Assembly: GCA_951406725.2 (NCBI GenBank)
Contig: OX597816.1
Location: 93,248,001-93,312,000, forward strand
Length of the DNA stretch: 64,000 nt
Origin: Octopus vulgaris
Taxonomy: Eukaryota
Direction: 5' to 3'
Each line of letters begins with the position of its first letter. Within the stretch, counting starts at the first letter, position 1. Of this stretch, positions 1-13,560 are shown piece after piece. Position numbers and translations under genes: made by a program. The notes beneath the pieces were generated by a model. The model did not search any database. It was not told the DNA's origin and worked only from the letters and a program-made list of their open reading frames with translations.

Positions 1-215
1 TTGTAAACACATGAGCAAAATAAAAATAAACAAAAACAAATTACACGAACGTATATAAACAGGAGATACAAATATTACAGGCACTTCCCCAAACACACAC
101 TAACTAAACATAGACACACATAGAGGTATGCGCAAATGAAGACACATACAATAGGAATACAAAATGGCTGACCGTTAGTAAAGAGAAACACACAAATAAG
201 AAAGAAGAAATCAAA

Positions 216-260
216 GGACCACTGATGAGGTCACAGAAGTGTGACGAAAGAACTCTGGCC
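216..260 (+). ncRNA. Minimal type I hammerhead ribozyme motif (Penelope pLTR-type)
   Basis: GGACCA-CTGATGA-G-GTCAC-agaagt-GTGAC-GAAA-G-aa-CTC-TGGCC: both core boxes, perfect 5-bp stem II, tiny stem III, CUC triplet, stem I CCA/TGG. Confidence 0.75.
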
Positions 261-539
261 GAAATAAGATTAAGATTACTGTAAAAAGTAAATAACGCTG
301 AAGCAAAGTAACACCAAATATATAGTGCGTGTGTTTTTTATTGGCTAAACTGGCAAAATGACCATTCCTAAATACAACAATATCTTGTTTCAATACACGA
401 TTTCACATCAAAAATCATGCAAAACAAATATATAAATATAATTATATCTTTATCTAAAAAAACATTCATGAGTTTTCATACTTTATAAATAAGGTTTAGT
501 TTATTTACTAAAGAATCTAATCTTAACTTATCTTATTAA

Positions 540-1140
540 TTAAACAATTTATCCTGTTTGCATATAATTTTTCGTTCGTTCTGGGCATTGAGCAATATTG
601 TTTTGGCTTTTAAGATTTCCAAAAATTCCTTGCATTTTTATTCATTACATTTTTACTCCTTAAATTTTTAACATTCAGTTATTATTTTTTATTTATTATT
701 GGTATTTCTATTCATTTGTATATGTTAAGGAAGATTACATTGAAGGTATAGAGTATCATGGAGGTATATAAGAGGTAGGGGTAGTGAAAAATGTTGAGGA
801 ATCCAAACCTGAAGATTGGGAGTATGTCGACCCGATTAAGTATTGAAACTAGATACCTCGTATCTAATCAATACCGACATACTTTCATGAAATAGTGTAG
901 TCTTATAAACGGAAAATACTGCATTCAGAATAGATAAAGTTAATATAATATTTAGCATTTTATGGAGTGGTTGGGTATAAAATCTTTCAGTGTTGATTAA
1001 GTTGAAGGTGGTTCTGTCTCTAAAACTACTTATATATATACGAATTAAACATTTAGAGATGTTCATTTTAGTACATCTAATTTGAATGTCTTTTTCCTGT
1101 CTTCTCAGAAGTAATATTCCCTGATAATCCTAATAATTAT
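540..1140 (-). mobile_element. Highly decayed 3' (GIY-YIG endonuclease) end of a Penelope-like element
   Basis: Minus-strand fragments VFSVYKT, IGSTY and TILLNAQNERKIICKQDKLF resemble the C-terminus of the PLE at 44020-45170; many stops and frameshifts. Confidence 0.35.
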
Positions 1141-1141
1141 A

Positions 1142-1187
<46 letters not shown>

Positions 1188-1203
1188 TGTGTGTGTGTAC
1201 ATA

Positions 1204-1241
<38 letters not shown>

Positions 1242-1899
1242 CATACATACATATGTGCGTGAGTGTATATATATCATCATCATTTAGCATCTGCTTGTCA
1301 TGCTCGTATGGATTAGACAGTTTGACTAGAACTGGTAAACTGAAGAGCTGTACCAAGTTCGAATCTGATTTGGCATGTTCTAGTCTGATTATACATACAC
1401 ACATGTATAATGTTATAATAAAAACTATAAGTCTTGTTAAATACAGCTACTCAGGGTTTCCTTTTTTAAGCTGAGAACAAGACCAGTTGTCTTTTGAGCA
1501 GATGACGTTTAAACAAGAGGTGCTGATAAGGATGAAAACAAGAAAACACAAGAGAGATAACCAGCATTACAATGAATCAATGACAAGCAGATGCAAAGAG
1601 GTTAATGGTTTATTATGTGTCTAGTGGCCTATTTTTTTAATTCCACAAGATGCATTTCTTAAAACGTGTGCATGCAAATAAAAATGTATCTTAAAATATA
1701 GAAAAATGTCTATGTCCACATTTTACTCTCTGACTAACCTTCCTTTCTTGCTCAACTGGAATATTCATGTATTTACTCTATGGCAAGATACCTATTACTA
1801 TCCTTCTATACTTCTAATATTTCATCAACTGGCACAAAGTCACCACCCCATCACTACTATTCCCTCCTCCCAGCTGAGAGGGTTTTTGTCTTGAAACTT

Positions 1900-2118
1900 G
1901 CTTGGTGACCTGTCAGTGGTGATGCCCTGTAAAAAGCACTGGTAATAGTGTCACATAAAAAGTATTCAGTACATTCTGTAAAGTAGTTGATGTTAAGAAG
2001 GGCATCCAGCCATAGAAACCATGCTAGAGCTGACATTAGAGCTTGGTGTGGATCTCAACCATACCAGCTCCTGTCAAACCATCCAACCAATGCCAGCATG
2101 GGAAACAGATGTTAGATG
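1900..2118 (+). mobile_element. RTE-family LINE 3'-end fragment (family C)
   Basis: AAGAAGGGCATCCAGC ... CCATCCAACCAATGCCAGCATGG, shared with about 15 other copies in the window. Confidence 0.75.
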
Positions 2119-2309
2119 GTTTCAGGTTCAATCCTTCAGCAAATATCTTCTACTATAGCTCTAGGCCAACCAAAGCCTTGTGAATGTATTTGGTAGGTGA
2201 AAATTGAAAAAGCTTGTCGTGTGTGTGTGTATGAATGTGCGTGCGTGTATTAAATAATTTTACAGTGAAGTTTAGTCTGTTTTAATTATTTTCTCACTTT
2301 AGGCTGTTG

Positions 2310-2515
2310 TTGTTGACAACATTATAATTGATATCCTTTCCAATTTTTAGGTTTTCAAGTGATATTCTCCTCAGATCTAATTGAATATTGGAAATTATTC
2401 TTATTTGACCTAATTGATAAAATAAATATTCTGAATTTAGTCCCAAGTCTGTCCCAAGAATCTCACTTGAAAACCTTATAATTAGAGAGAATACCAATTA
2501 TAACGTGGTTGATAA
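2310..2515. repeat. Fold-back (inverted repeat) element, arms about 58 bp
   Basis: AGGTTTTCAAGTGATATTCT vs AGAATCTCACTTGAAAACCT (19/20 inverted match), and the match extends outward. Confidence 0.8.
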
Positions 2516-3249
2516 GTTATCATGAGAAACGTTATTGTCACTGGAGAACAGTAAAGGCTCAAAATGTAATCGTTGGTCAAGTTCAAGAATTTCATAGAAA
2601 GACAAGTGAAGAGATTTGTGATTAAAGTATCGTGGCAGCAGCATTTATGTGACTAAGAAAAAAAAATTTTAATGAGAAGTAAATATTAGCCTGTTTAGAG
2701 AATTCAACAAGTTCTCTGGCTTATTATTATGCTACAAGGTATTTAATTGGCAAATTATCAGGGCATTGAATACAATGTCTTGTGCTGTTCTTTTCAGCTC
2801 TCTACACTTGGAGGTCAAACCCTGAGGTTGTGAAATTTAGCATTTGCTCTTTTAGGTTTATAGAAACAAAGTACTAATTTAGAATTGGGGTTACTCCTCC
2901 TGCTTAGGCAAACTTCTACTTGCTTTACATTCTGGTGAGATTAATTTTGCTTTTCATCGTTTTGCAAGTCAATAAAATAAGTAGCAGTCCATAACTGAGA
3001 ACATCCTCTCAAAATTTCAAACCCTGTGCCTTCAGTAGGAAAAATTATTTTCTCCCCCATCCCCAGGTATCTCTCTCTGTCTCTGTCTCCCCTTTTTCTC
3101 TCACCCTCTCTCTCTCTCTCCCCTCTCTCTATCTGTAGAAGAAATCAGCTGTGCTTCGACCTGGAATAAGATGGACAATCTGCAGGTCACTATGGCATCC
3201 CCTACAATTCCAGGAGTTCAAAGCTCAAAAAAGAAGGACGTATTCCAAG

Positions 3250-3434
3250 GTTCACAAGTTTCTGCAATTAATTGATATTCCACAGTCCATTAGCATTCTA
3301 CATTTAATTAATATTCCACAGTTCATTTGAAGAACACAGTTCATTGGTATTTCAAAGTTCATTAGTATTCTACAGTTCATTAGTTTCCATGGTTCATTAA
3401 TATTCCAAGTTAATTAATATTCCACAGTTCATTT
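3250..3434. repeat. Degenerate ~18-bp minisatellite (GTTCATTAGTATTCTACA-like)
   Basis: About 10 imperfect tandem units; the pattern resumes at ~3741-3770. Confidence 0.75.
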
Positions 3435-3436
3435 GT

Positions 3437-3740
3437 ACAATGATTTTTTCCCCAACTTATTTTATCATGGAACCCTTATGCAATTTTCAAAAGAATTACT
3501 GAACCCAAGCATTTATTTTAAAGACAACCTGTACCACCCTAATTTTAATAAAATATTAAAAGAAGCAAAAAAATTGTTTCAGAGAAAGATGATATTCATG
3601 TAAAAATCACATAATCATTTATTTTGATAATGGTGAATTCTATTTCTTTATAAAATAAATTTCTATTAAATTTCATCAAAAGTCTTCTTATCTTGTTCAA
3701 CCCCAGAATTTTTTCAAGGAATCCAATTTGAGAAACATGA
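3437..3740. mobile_element. Decayed hAT-like MITE interrupting the minisatellite
   Basis: Ends TTTTCCCCAAC / TTTGAGAAACATG and internal GGAACCC motifs; minisatellite units lie on both sides. Confidence 0.4.
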
Positions 3741-4112
3741 CATTAGTATTTTATAATTCATTAGTGTTCTAGTCTCATATTTATTTTGTGTTTCATTTGT
3801 TTTCTGTTAATTCCTGTACAGTCTAAAATGTTTTCCAGTTTCCTTTTGCTCCAAATTCTTGTGTTGCTTGAAAGTCCATTAGTAGAATACTTCTTGCATT
3901 TATTATCAATATTCTTAAATGTATTTCAACAATCAGAGCTAACTGTTTCAATGATATCACTGAAAGCTAAAAGTCATTGTTTTTAGTTTGCTTAAAATTG
4001 TTTGGTTCAGAAGTTATCTTCATACTTGTGTCATTCTGGATTCAATCCAACTGTACAGCACTTTGTTCCTGTAACATGTTCTGGGAGCATTCTGTCATGC
4101 CAACATTTACAT

Positions 4113-4147
<35 letters not shown>

Positions 4148-4611
4148 CACACATATACATGCAAAGCTATAAGTGTAGTCAAGGCTATACGGTTAAGAAG
4201 TTTGCTTCTCAATCAAGGAGTATGGAGTTCAATATACACTGTATGATACCTTGGCAAGTGCCTTCCATTATAGCCTTGGGCCAGTCAAATCCTTGTGACT
4301 GATGTTAGTTGATGAAAATTAGAAGAAGCCCACTAAATATACATGTCTGTGTGTGTTAGTGTCTCTTTATCTTGACAGTGAAATAGAGAGTCATTGTCAT
4401 ACAGTGGTGACATTCATTTCCAGTCTTCCATAGGCTGTAGTTGAAGCCAATAAATTTACTCTCTAGTATTTCAAGATAATTTTATGTAATTTTGGTAAAT
4501 ATATCTGTTAATATGACATGTCAGTGTTATTTTCATTTTTGTGTAATTTAGATGACAGTTTATTCATTGCAACCTGTACGTATGTATATGTGTGTGTGTG
4601 TGTGTGTGTGT

Positions 4612-4936
4612 GAAAGCACATGGCTCAATGGTTAGAACATCAGGCTCACAGTCATGAAGTAGTGAGTTAAATTGATGGACCAGGCTGAGTGTTGTGTTCT
4701 TCAGCAAGACACTTTATTTCATGTTGTTCCAGTTCACTCAGCTGTAGAAATGAGCTACAACACCACTGGTGCTAAGCTGTAATCAGTCTTTTCCTTGTAT
4801 AACATCTGTGGCATGAAAGAGGGAGGATGGTCTGCATGGGTGACTGCTGGTCTTCCATAAACAACCTTACCTAGACTTGTACCTCGGAGGGGAACTTTCT
4901 AGGTCATTCATGACCAAAGGTGGTCTTTACCCTTTA
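4612..4936 (+). mobile_element. tRNA-derived SINE, family A
   Basis: A-box TGGCTCAATGG, body TTCAGCAAGACACTTTATTTCA...CAGCTGTAGAAATGAG; homologous to 17691, 35022 and 56303. Confidence 0.85.
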
Positions 4937-5064
4937 CATGTGTGTGTGTGTGTGTGTGTGTGCATCTTACCAAAAATACTTAATGGAATGTAATCCAAGT
5001 TACATCTCTTTAGTCAACGTGCAATTAGGAGCTTATCATTTATGAGTTTGATAAAATAAATACT

Positions 5065-5236
5065 TATTTCTTTATTACCCACAAGGGGCTAAACATAGAG
5101 GGGACAAACAAAGACAGACATATGTATTAAGTCGATTACATCGACCCTAGTGTGTAACTGGTACTTAATTTATCGACCCTGAAAGGATGAATGGCAAAGT
5201 CGACCTCAGCGGAATTGTTTCTGCCAGCTCGCTGCC
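5065..5236 (-). mobile_element. SINE family D (Nin/Deu-like central domain), internally deleted
   Basis: 16-bp TSD TGATAAAATAAATACT at 5049-5064 and 5237-5252; homologous to 52230-52460. Confidence 0.9.
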
Positions 5237-5964
5237 TGATAAAATAAATACTGTGGGTTCATATAATTTTTTAACACTCTTTAAGAAAATGCCACAGCAT
5301 GGCCATCATCCAAATACTTCAGCTAACAAAGGAATGGAAATAAAAGAATTCATATGTATTTTTGTACTTTACACTTTAACTGTTACTGTTAAGTAAACAC
5401 ACACATACACGCATATGCATGCACACACAGACACAGCTGCATACACACATATGCATGCACAAGCACACACATACATACACATGCACACACATATGTACAT
5501 ACATATACATATGCACACATATAATAGACAATACCACGTATGTATTTGCACATGGGTGTGTGTATACATATATAGATAGATAGATTGATAGATAGATATT
5601 ATGTGTGTATATATTTATATATGTAATATATGTATCTATCTATGTGTGTGTGTGTGTGTGTGTATAATATATGATATATATGCATGTATGCACACACACA
5701 CACACACACACACACACGCATACACACATGTACAGTGGTTTTCTCTTATAGATATATATCTGAAATGTTATTGTTTAAATTATGACTGCCAAGCACATTT
5801 AACACAGCACTAATGAAATACATAAAAATCATATAATATTTGGTATGATTTCATAGTGGGAATATTTAGTGTTTAAAGGCTATAAAGTAAACAAGGTATA
5901 TGTTAATGATGGTTTTATAGTTTGTTTTATCTGATAACATTTTGATTAATTCAGAGGTTTATTT

Positions 5965-6205
5965 TATCATCAACATGACCACCAGCATCATCATCATTGT
6001 CATCATCCTCATCAACATTATCGTTGTCATAATGACCACTACCACCACCACCACTTGCATGACCAATAACACCATAAACTATACTTATTGTCATCATCAT
6101 CCTCATCATCATCAACATCATCATGACCACCATCACACCACCACCCTCATTGTCATCACTATCATCACTATCATCATCATCATCATCATCACCATCATCA
6201 CCAAT
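5965..6205. repeat. (CAT/CAC)n degenerate trinucleotide microsatellite
   Basis: Direct reading of the sequence. Confidence 0.95.
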
Positions 6206-6646
6206 CTAAATCTACTTTTAGCTGTAGTACAGGATGGATGAGCTGTCAGTTCTTCAAATCAGTTTTATTCTGAATTACTGCCTTCCTAGATAGATCGGAA
6301 GATCATGTCTCGATTGTAAATTATAACACTAACCATTTTATAGAGCATCTTGAAAGCATTTTATCAAGGCACCAGCACTAGAAAGACAGAAATAGGAAAA
6401 GTGAGAGTGGGAAAGGAAATGCTGAGAGAGAGAGTGGGGTGCCTTATTCCATGCAAATCTAGTGTCCTCTCTACTCTATGTTGCCTCCATTCTTTCAACA
6501 CAAACCTGACTGAGAGGGTAAATCATGAAGAATTCTGACTGGTTAAGAGGTTTAAAGAAAAGAGCATATGATTATGAGCATAAAACAGAAAATGACAGGG
6601 GTGATTGGTACATAGGAGAGAGAGTAATGTGTGTGTGAAAGAGATA

Positions 6647-6682
<36 letters not shown>

Positions 6683-7435
6683 AAGAGATACAGAGATAGT
6701 TATGTGTTATTTGGTAATAAAGATCTTGAACACAAAACTAACATGAGTTGTGTAATGGGAGAGGAATAAAGATGGGTTGTGGTTAGCAACAAAAATGGGT
6801 GATAAGTGTGAACTGTAGATGTCATTGAAAAGTCATATGGATGAACTGTAAAAGTTAGTCATGGTTAGAAACGTGTGCCTCTTTAACCAATAGCAAGCAA
6901 CTGAAAAGATAGTTATAAATTTGAGGCAGAAATTATATGGAGTAAGTGTGTGGATAGGAAGCTTGCCTCCCAGCTATGTAGTTTTTAGTTCAGTGTCACT
7001 GTGTGGTTCCTTAGGCAAGAGTCACAAAGCCTTGTGAGTGAATTTGATAGACAGAAACTGAAAAAAGCCAATCATATACATATATATATATAATCAAGAT
7101 ATCCTTGGCCTGAAGAGTAGCCTGCGACATACACTTTGATTGGATACTTACCACTTCGGGGCTCTGTTCACTATGAAACATATGAAGCCCGGATCTTATC
7201 TACTCCATTCCTTAATTCTTGTATTCTTATTTGCATACCCAGCAACCCTGGTTGCCTACTGTGAAATATAAAAAGAACATTTTTCAATTTATCCCACTTC
7301 TATAAGAAAAATATCCACAAACTTCCATCTCAATAAACCACTGTTACCCCTGAAAGTTGTTTTTAATATTTACTACAAATTGCTTGAAGCTAACTTTCTT
7401 CCTACACCTCAATCCTTGGCTCTTATATTTATTTA

Positions 7436-7504
<69 letters not shown>

Positions 7505-7939
7505 TAAATAATATATAAATATATGCATGTATACATATATGTACACACCTACATCTATATGTATATATACATGCATATAAGGGTACAGGACATCGAAAAA
7601 ATGTTGAACACAATGAGAAACGAAAACATAAAAACAAAAACATGGAAATTAACGTTTTTTCAAACAACGAAAAACAGAGTACAAGACATACAACACAAGG
7701 AATATTCTCTTTCTTCAGTTGTCCCTGTTTCATCTACTCCATGTTTCGAAGGTAAGGACAAGATGTGACTTCATTGAAACAGTCCGTCCCGCAAAGCAAA
7801 TTAAATAAAATTTGGGATTTTTTGTGGAGGGGTAAAAGTGGTAACAAGAACAGGACAGTAAGAACAAAACAAGACAGTAAAAACAATAAAAGTAAAAACA
7901 GTAAAAGACAGGACAAAGAGAATAACACAGTAGAAACAA

Positions 7940-8035
7940 AGTCTTCTACTATAGCCTCGGGCCAACCAAAGCCTTGTGAGTGGATTTGGTAGACAAAAAC
8001 TGAAAGAAGCCTCACACACACACACACACATACAT

Positions 8036-8066
<31 letters not shown>

Positions 8067-8290
8067 GATAGATAGATAGATAGATGAATATGTATTTGTA
8101 TGTCTATGTTTGTCCCTCCACCATCATTTAACAACCGATGTTGGTGTGTTTAATTCCCCATAACTTAGTAGTTCGGCAAAAGAGACTGATAGAATAAGGC
8201 TTACAAAGAATAGGTCCTGGGGTCAATTTTTTTGACTAAAGGTGATGCTCAGGCATGGCTGCAGTCAAATGACTGAAACAAGTAAAAGAA
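7940..8290 (+). mobile_element. SINE family B, 5'-truncated
   Basis: TCTTCTACTATAGCCTCGGGCCAACCAAAGCCTTGTGAGTGGATTTGGTAGAC ... GACTGAAACAAGTAAAAG; homologous to 38194-38600. Confidence 0.85.
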
Positions 8291-8307
8291 TGTGTGTGTG
8301 TGTACGT

Positions 8308-8609
8308 ATCAGTTTAATTTACACAATTACATAAGAGCTACTAATAGTTTCATGCCTTACAATACATTAAATATGCCACGCATCTCCAAACAATCTTTTA
8401 AGCTCAATTCATACATTAGATGTATTTAAAGACCAGGAAACTGGACTGAGAGAAAACGAAAAACACACTGCCAAGAAGGTTGATGCAAAATGTAGAACTG
8501 AGCCTGAAAGACTGCTTGGAGATGCATGGTATGTTTTATAAATTTACCAAATTAGTGTATAATAAAGCATGAAATTTACAGTAGCTGCATTTGTGTATAT
8601 TAAATTGAT
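8308..8609. repeat. Fold-back element with a degenerate HHR-like motif in each arm
   Basis: Left arm reverse complement GAGCTTAAAAGATTGTTTGGAGATGCGTGGCAT...GGCATGAAACTATTAGTAGCT matches right arm GAGCCTGAAAGACTGCTTGGAGATGCATGGTAT...AGCATGAAATTTACAGTAGCT. Confidence 0.7.
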
Positions 8610-9390
8610 GTTTATCTCTCACTGGATGGAGTATTTTTTCTTTTTTTATCGTACCTATATTGGACCCGTGTTGTGTATGTATGTATGTATGTGTGTATAT
8701 GTGTGTGTGCGTATGTGTGTGTGTGTGTGTGTTTGTATGTATGCATCTATATATGTATAAGCTAGAGTGTGTGTTTGTCCACCACCACTCGACAATCAGT
8801 ATTGCTTTATTTACATATCTGTAACTTAGCAGTTTGGCAAAAGAGACCGACTGAATAAGTACTAGGATCAGTTTGTTCAACTAAACTCTGCAAGGCAGTG
8901 CTCCAGCAAGGTTGCATTCCAATGCTTTTAATTAAACATTTAACTAAACTGAGGTAAAATATAGAAATACATATTCATTGGTACAGAGAAAGCAAATTTT
9001 TAGAAAGTTAAACAATTGTGATGCAAGATTTACCTGATAAATAATAGCTGCTGCTCAAAACATTTTAAAAGCTAAAATAAAATCAATTATTTGAAGAAAA
9101 CTAAATATATTAGTGAATAACTTACATTATTTTTTTATTGGCAAATAAGGTAGATAAATATATCAGAGACAAGGCATTGATTAATATTTATAATCTTGCT
9201 GAATTTGCAGCAAAAGTTGGCCGTGGTTGTAACTTGTTCTATTTTTAAATGTTTTAGCCAAAACCAGCTGAAGAAATTTGGCTGCAATTTGAACTTAGAA
9301 ATCTTTTGTTAAAATATATTATCTTGCTGATTCTATTTTCCCTTTCCCTTTCTCCATCCATCTATCTATCTATCTATATATCTATTTATC

Positions 9391-9454
<64 letters not shown>

Positions 9455-10107
9455 TACATATATATATATACATAAACACATATATATATATATATTTATA
9501 TATATACACATACACATATATATACACAAACACACACACACATATATATATATATAACTCTGTGTGTGTGTGTGTACATTTTTCCTTCGGCTGCAATAAT
9601 ACTTCTTTTTCTCGGGCAAATTCACTCTATGATTTATTAGTTTTCCCTAAGCTCATATAAAGTGATTATTACTGAATAAGTTTAGCCAATCAAGTCAAGC
9701 AGAACGGATATGATAGTTTTCGTATTTGGGTAGTACTCTCAAATTGAATTCCAGCATTGAAATCATTGTAAATTCATCATTCCTCTGGCCAAATTTTATT
9801 TTACTGTCTATGTCTCCTCCAAAGTTTCTGCTCCAGCAAACAACAGCTGCACCTCCTGGTCTACATCCAAACAGTTCACTTATTGCTTCCTTAAAGTTTA
9901 TTACCTTATTCTCTTCTTCAAAGAATACTTGTAATATTTCGTTTATTCTCAGTGACTTCAGGACTAAAATAACTTCTGAATTCTACAATTGTTCTTAAAA
10001 CTGTCATCTGCTTGCTGTCAAAATATATTCTTAATCAACATAAATCTGAATAAAAATACTTTCCTAGTTGTGGTATTGGCTACTTACTATAAAATATAGT
10101 TTACTTT

Positions 10108-10142
<35 letters not shown>

Positions 10143-10552
10143 TTCACACCCATGTGTGTGTGCATGTGTATGCATGTAAGTGTGCATATTGATGTGCATG
10201 TGTATGCATGTAAGTGTGCATATTTATGTGCATGAGTGTGTGTGTGGTGTGTGTGTGTGATTTTCAACAATAACTATGTTTGTACATTTTTTAACATAAA
10301 ATACTATGTGTTTTTTTACTTTAATTTTACAGCAAAGAATGTTTCTGTTCCAATTTAAATGTTCTTTATTTCTTTAATAACATAGAAATCTGGAATGATG
10401 ATTTCATTTACAATGACGGAATAATTCCTAAAATTTTTCTGATAATTAACCTCATCTTCAGTGATGAATCATATTTTTATTATTTACATCTACATTACTA
10501 CATTCTAATCAATTTGTTCCCCACCCAACATCTGACACCTTATTTTTATATC

Positions 10553-11167
<615 letters not shown>

Positions 11168-11305
11168 TTATCTATCTATCTATCTACCTACCTACCTACC
11201 TACCTACCTATCTATCTATCTATCTAGCTATCTATCTATAATACATGTATTGTGACCTCATTTACAGACATTGCTGAGACATCAGTTCACAAATTCATTG
11301 ATACA

Positions 11306-11362
<57 letters not shown>

Positions 11363-11395
11363 TATTATTATTAAAGCTTCAAAAATATCACAAAA

Positions 11396-11437
11396 AACTG
11401 CTACTCAGAGTTTCACATTCCCGTTCATCAGACAGCT
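11396..11437 (-). ncRNA. Minimal type I hammerhead ribozyme motif
   Basis: AGCTGT-CTGATGA-ACG-ggaa-TGT-GAA-ACTC-t-GAGT-A-GCAGTT: 6-bp stem I, near-palindromic stem III, GUA triplet. Confidence 0.8.
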
Positions 11438-12199
11438 TAGATTGAGAATGGAAAAAAATAAAGTTTATATGCATAAGGTATACAATTTACATTGACAGAC
11501 ACACGTTTGAAATTGGTTTCTTTTCATTGGTCCTTTCAACTAACAGTTTTTTCCTACTCAATGATGACAGGCTTAAAATCATCTCATGTGAAATTGAAGA
11601 AAGCCTTAAATCAAAAATTCAAAGATAACTGTAGTTAGAGGAAAAACAAATATACTCAGAATAAATTAATTACTGGTAAAGTAAGTTTAATTAAAAAATG
11701 TATGTGAGTTTGTTTATAATAATATTCACTTACATAAATCAAACAGCCTAAAAATAAATACACTGTATTTATACATATACACACTAAATAACATAAACAT
11801 ACATATGTACACTAAACATACAAACTCTAGCACATGCATACACATATATATAAACATACACAGGCAAAATCTAAATATGAATATATATACTAATGTATAT
11901 ATTTAGGTATCTACACACACATATATATGTACACATCATATGTCTTCATGTGCATGTTGTGAAAACACAACTTTATTGCTACATGTTACAAAAAAAGATA
12001 AGAATAAGAGGTGGTGGTTGAAAGAAAAAGAAGTGGTAGAAAGGAGGAAAAAGAAAGAGAGAGAGAAAAATAAAGATCGAGAAGATAGAAAAAGAGAGAG
12101 AAGATAACGTCATTCACTAAGTACCTGCAGTATTCAAGTACTATTTTTTCCTACCTTGTTTCATATTTATGGTCTTACTTTGGTATACACACACACAAG

Positions 12200-12241
<42 letters not shown>

Positions 12242-12337
12242 TAGTTGAAATTGGCAGAAAATAAAAGACGAAGACAGGTATATATATATATATATATATA
12301 TATAGTTGAAATTTCCAGAAAAATAATACGAAGACAG

Positions 12338-12387
<50 letters not shown>

Positions 12388-12473
12388 GAAATTTATAGAA
12401 AAACAAAAGACGAAGACAGGTGTATGAACAATGAGCAAATGTATTAGCGTGACACCTGGGAAAATGAAAAAGT

Positions 12474-12509
12474 CTTTTACGTTTCGAGTCTATGCTCTTC
12501 AACAGAAAG
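12474..12509 (-). ncRNA. Hammerhead-like motif with variant core CUGUUGA
   Basis: CTTT-CTGTTGA-A-GAG-catag-a-CTC-GAA-ACGT-A-AAAG. Confidence 0.6.
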
Positions 12510-13205
12510 GAATAAGAGAAAATAAACAGAGACAGAATAAAACACCTGTAGATTTAGTGGTTAAGCATATATATGAACTTTAGGTTACTTAATATATATA
12601 TATGCACTTGAGGTTAGTTAAAATATGATTGTGACATATTTTAACTTTATAAAATATTATAAAATTCACTGCATAGCATACCATGGTGTGGAATAAATTT
12701 CTCTTATGGTAAATGGTAGTATCTAAGTTCCATATTTCCCAGAGATTCCTCTTATCAGATTCCCAGATGCTGCATTTATTTCTAATGCTATTTAGCCTTC
12801 CTCAATGAGAAATACCAAAGAGTTGGATAACCTGGGCAGATTGAAGTTGTAACTTTTACTAATAAACAGTTTACATCAGTGTCTGAGTTGTGCTATATGA
12901 CTACCTGGCGTGTGATAAATATAACAGCATCAGCAGTGAGCAGAGATTAGGAATAAATGACATTTAGAAATAGGAAAAATATTTTAATGTCTGATCTTTT
13001 GTGTCTTATTTCTATGCTGGGAGATTAAGGAGAATAATCTGACCTCTGAAATCTTTGGTGATCATGAAAAGGTCAATTGTTTGTTTAGATTTGAGCTGCT
13101 TCCTGGCCAAACCCTAAATAGCAAAATGAAGAGTTCATTTCTCTGTCTTCAGGTTTTCAGCTGATTAACTGAGAGCATCTTTTGGCCAAATGGAAAGGGA
13201 CTATG

Positions 13206-13292
<87 letters not shown>

Positions 13293-13388
13293 TAGTTGAA
13301 ATTGGCAGAAAATAAAAGACGAAGACAGGTATATATATATATATATATATATAGTTGAAATTTCCAGAAAAATAAAAGACGAAGACAG

Positions 13389-13438
<50 letters not shown>

Positions 13439-13524
13439 GAAATTTATAGAAAAACAAAAGACGAAGACAGGTGTATGAACAATGAGCAAATGTATTAGCG
13501 TGACACCTGGGAAAATGAAAAAGT

Positions 13525-13560
13525 CTTTTACGTTTCGAGTCTATGCTCTTCAACAGAAAG
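13525..13560 (-). ncRNA. Duplicate of the variant hammerhead-like motif
   Basis: Identical to 12474-12509. Confidence 0.6.

Noticed and set aside
2294-2652. Minus-strand exon-like segment with acceptor-like (T-tract TAG) and donor-like (GTGAGA) ends
   Set aside because: Contains an in-frame TAA, and half of it is the fold-back element; no recognisable protein motif
7100-7790. Further HHR-like words (CTGAAGAG at ~7109; CTTCGAAAC on - at ~7745), and similar ones at ~49370, ~57260 and ~59860-59970
   Set aside because: One core box or stem is missing; probably decayed pLTRs but not supportable individually
13000-13130. Possible mariner fragment (FELLPGQTLNS) within the duplicated unit
   Set aside because: Too short and degenerate to call by eye
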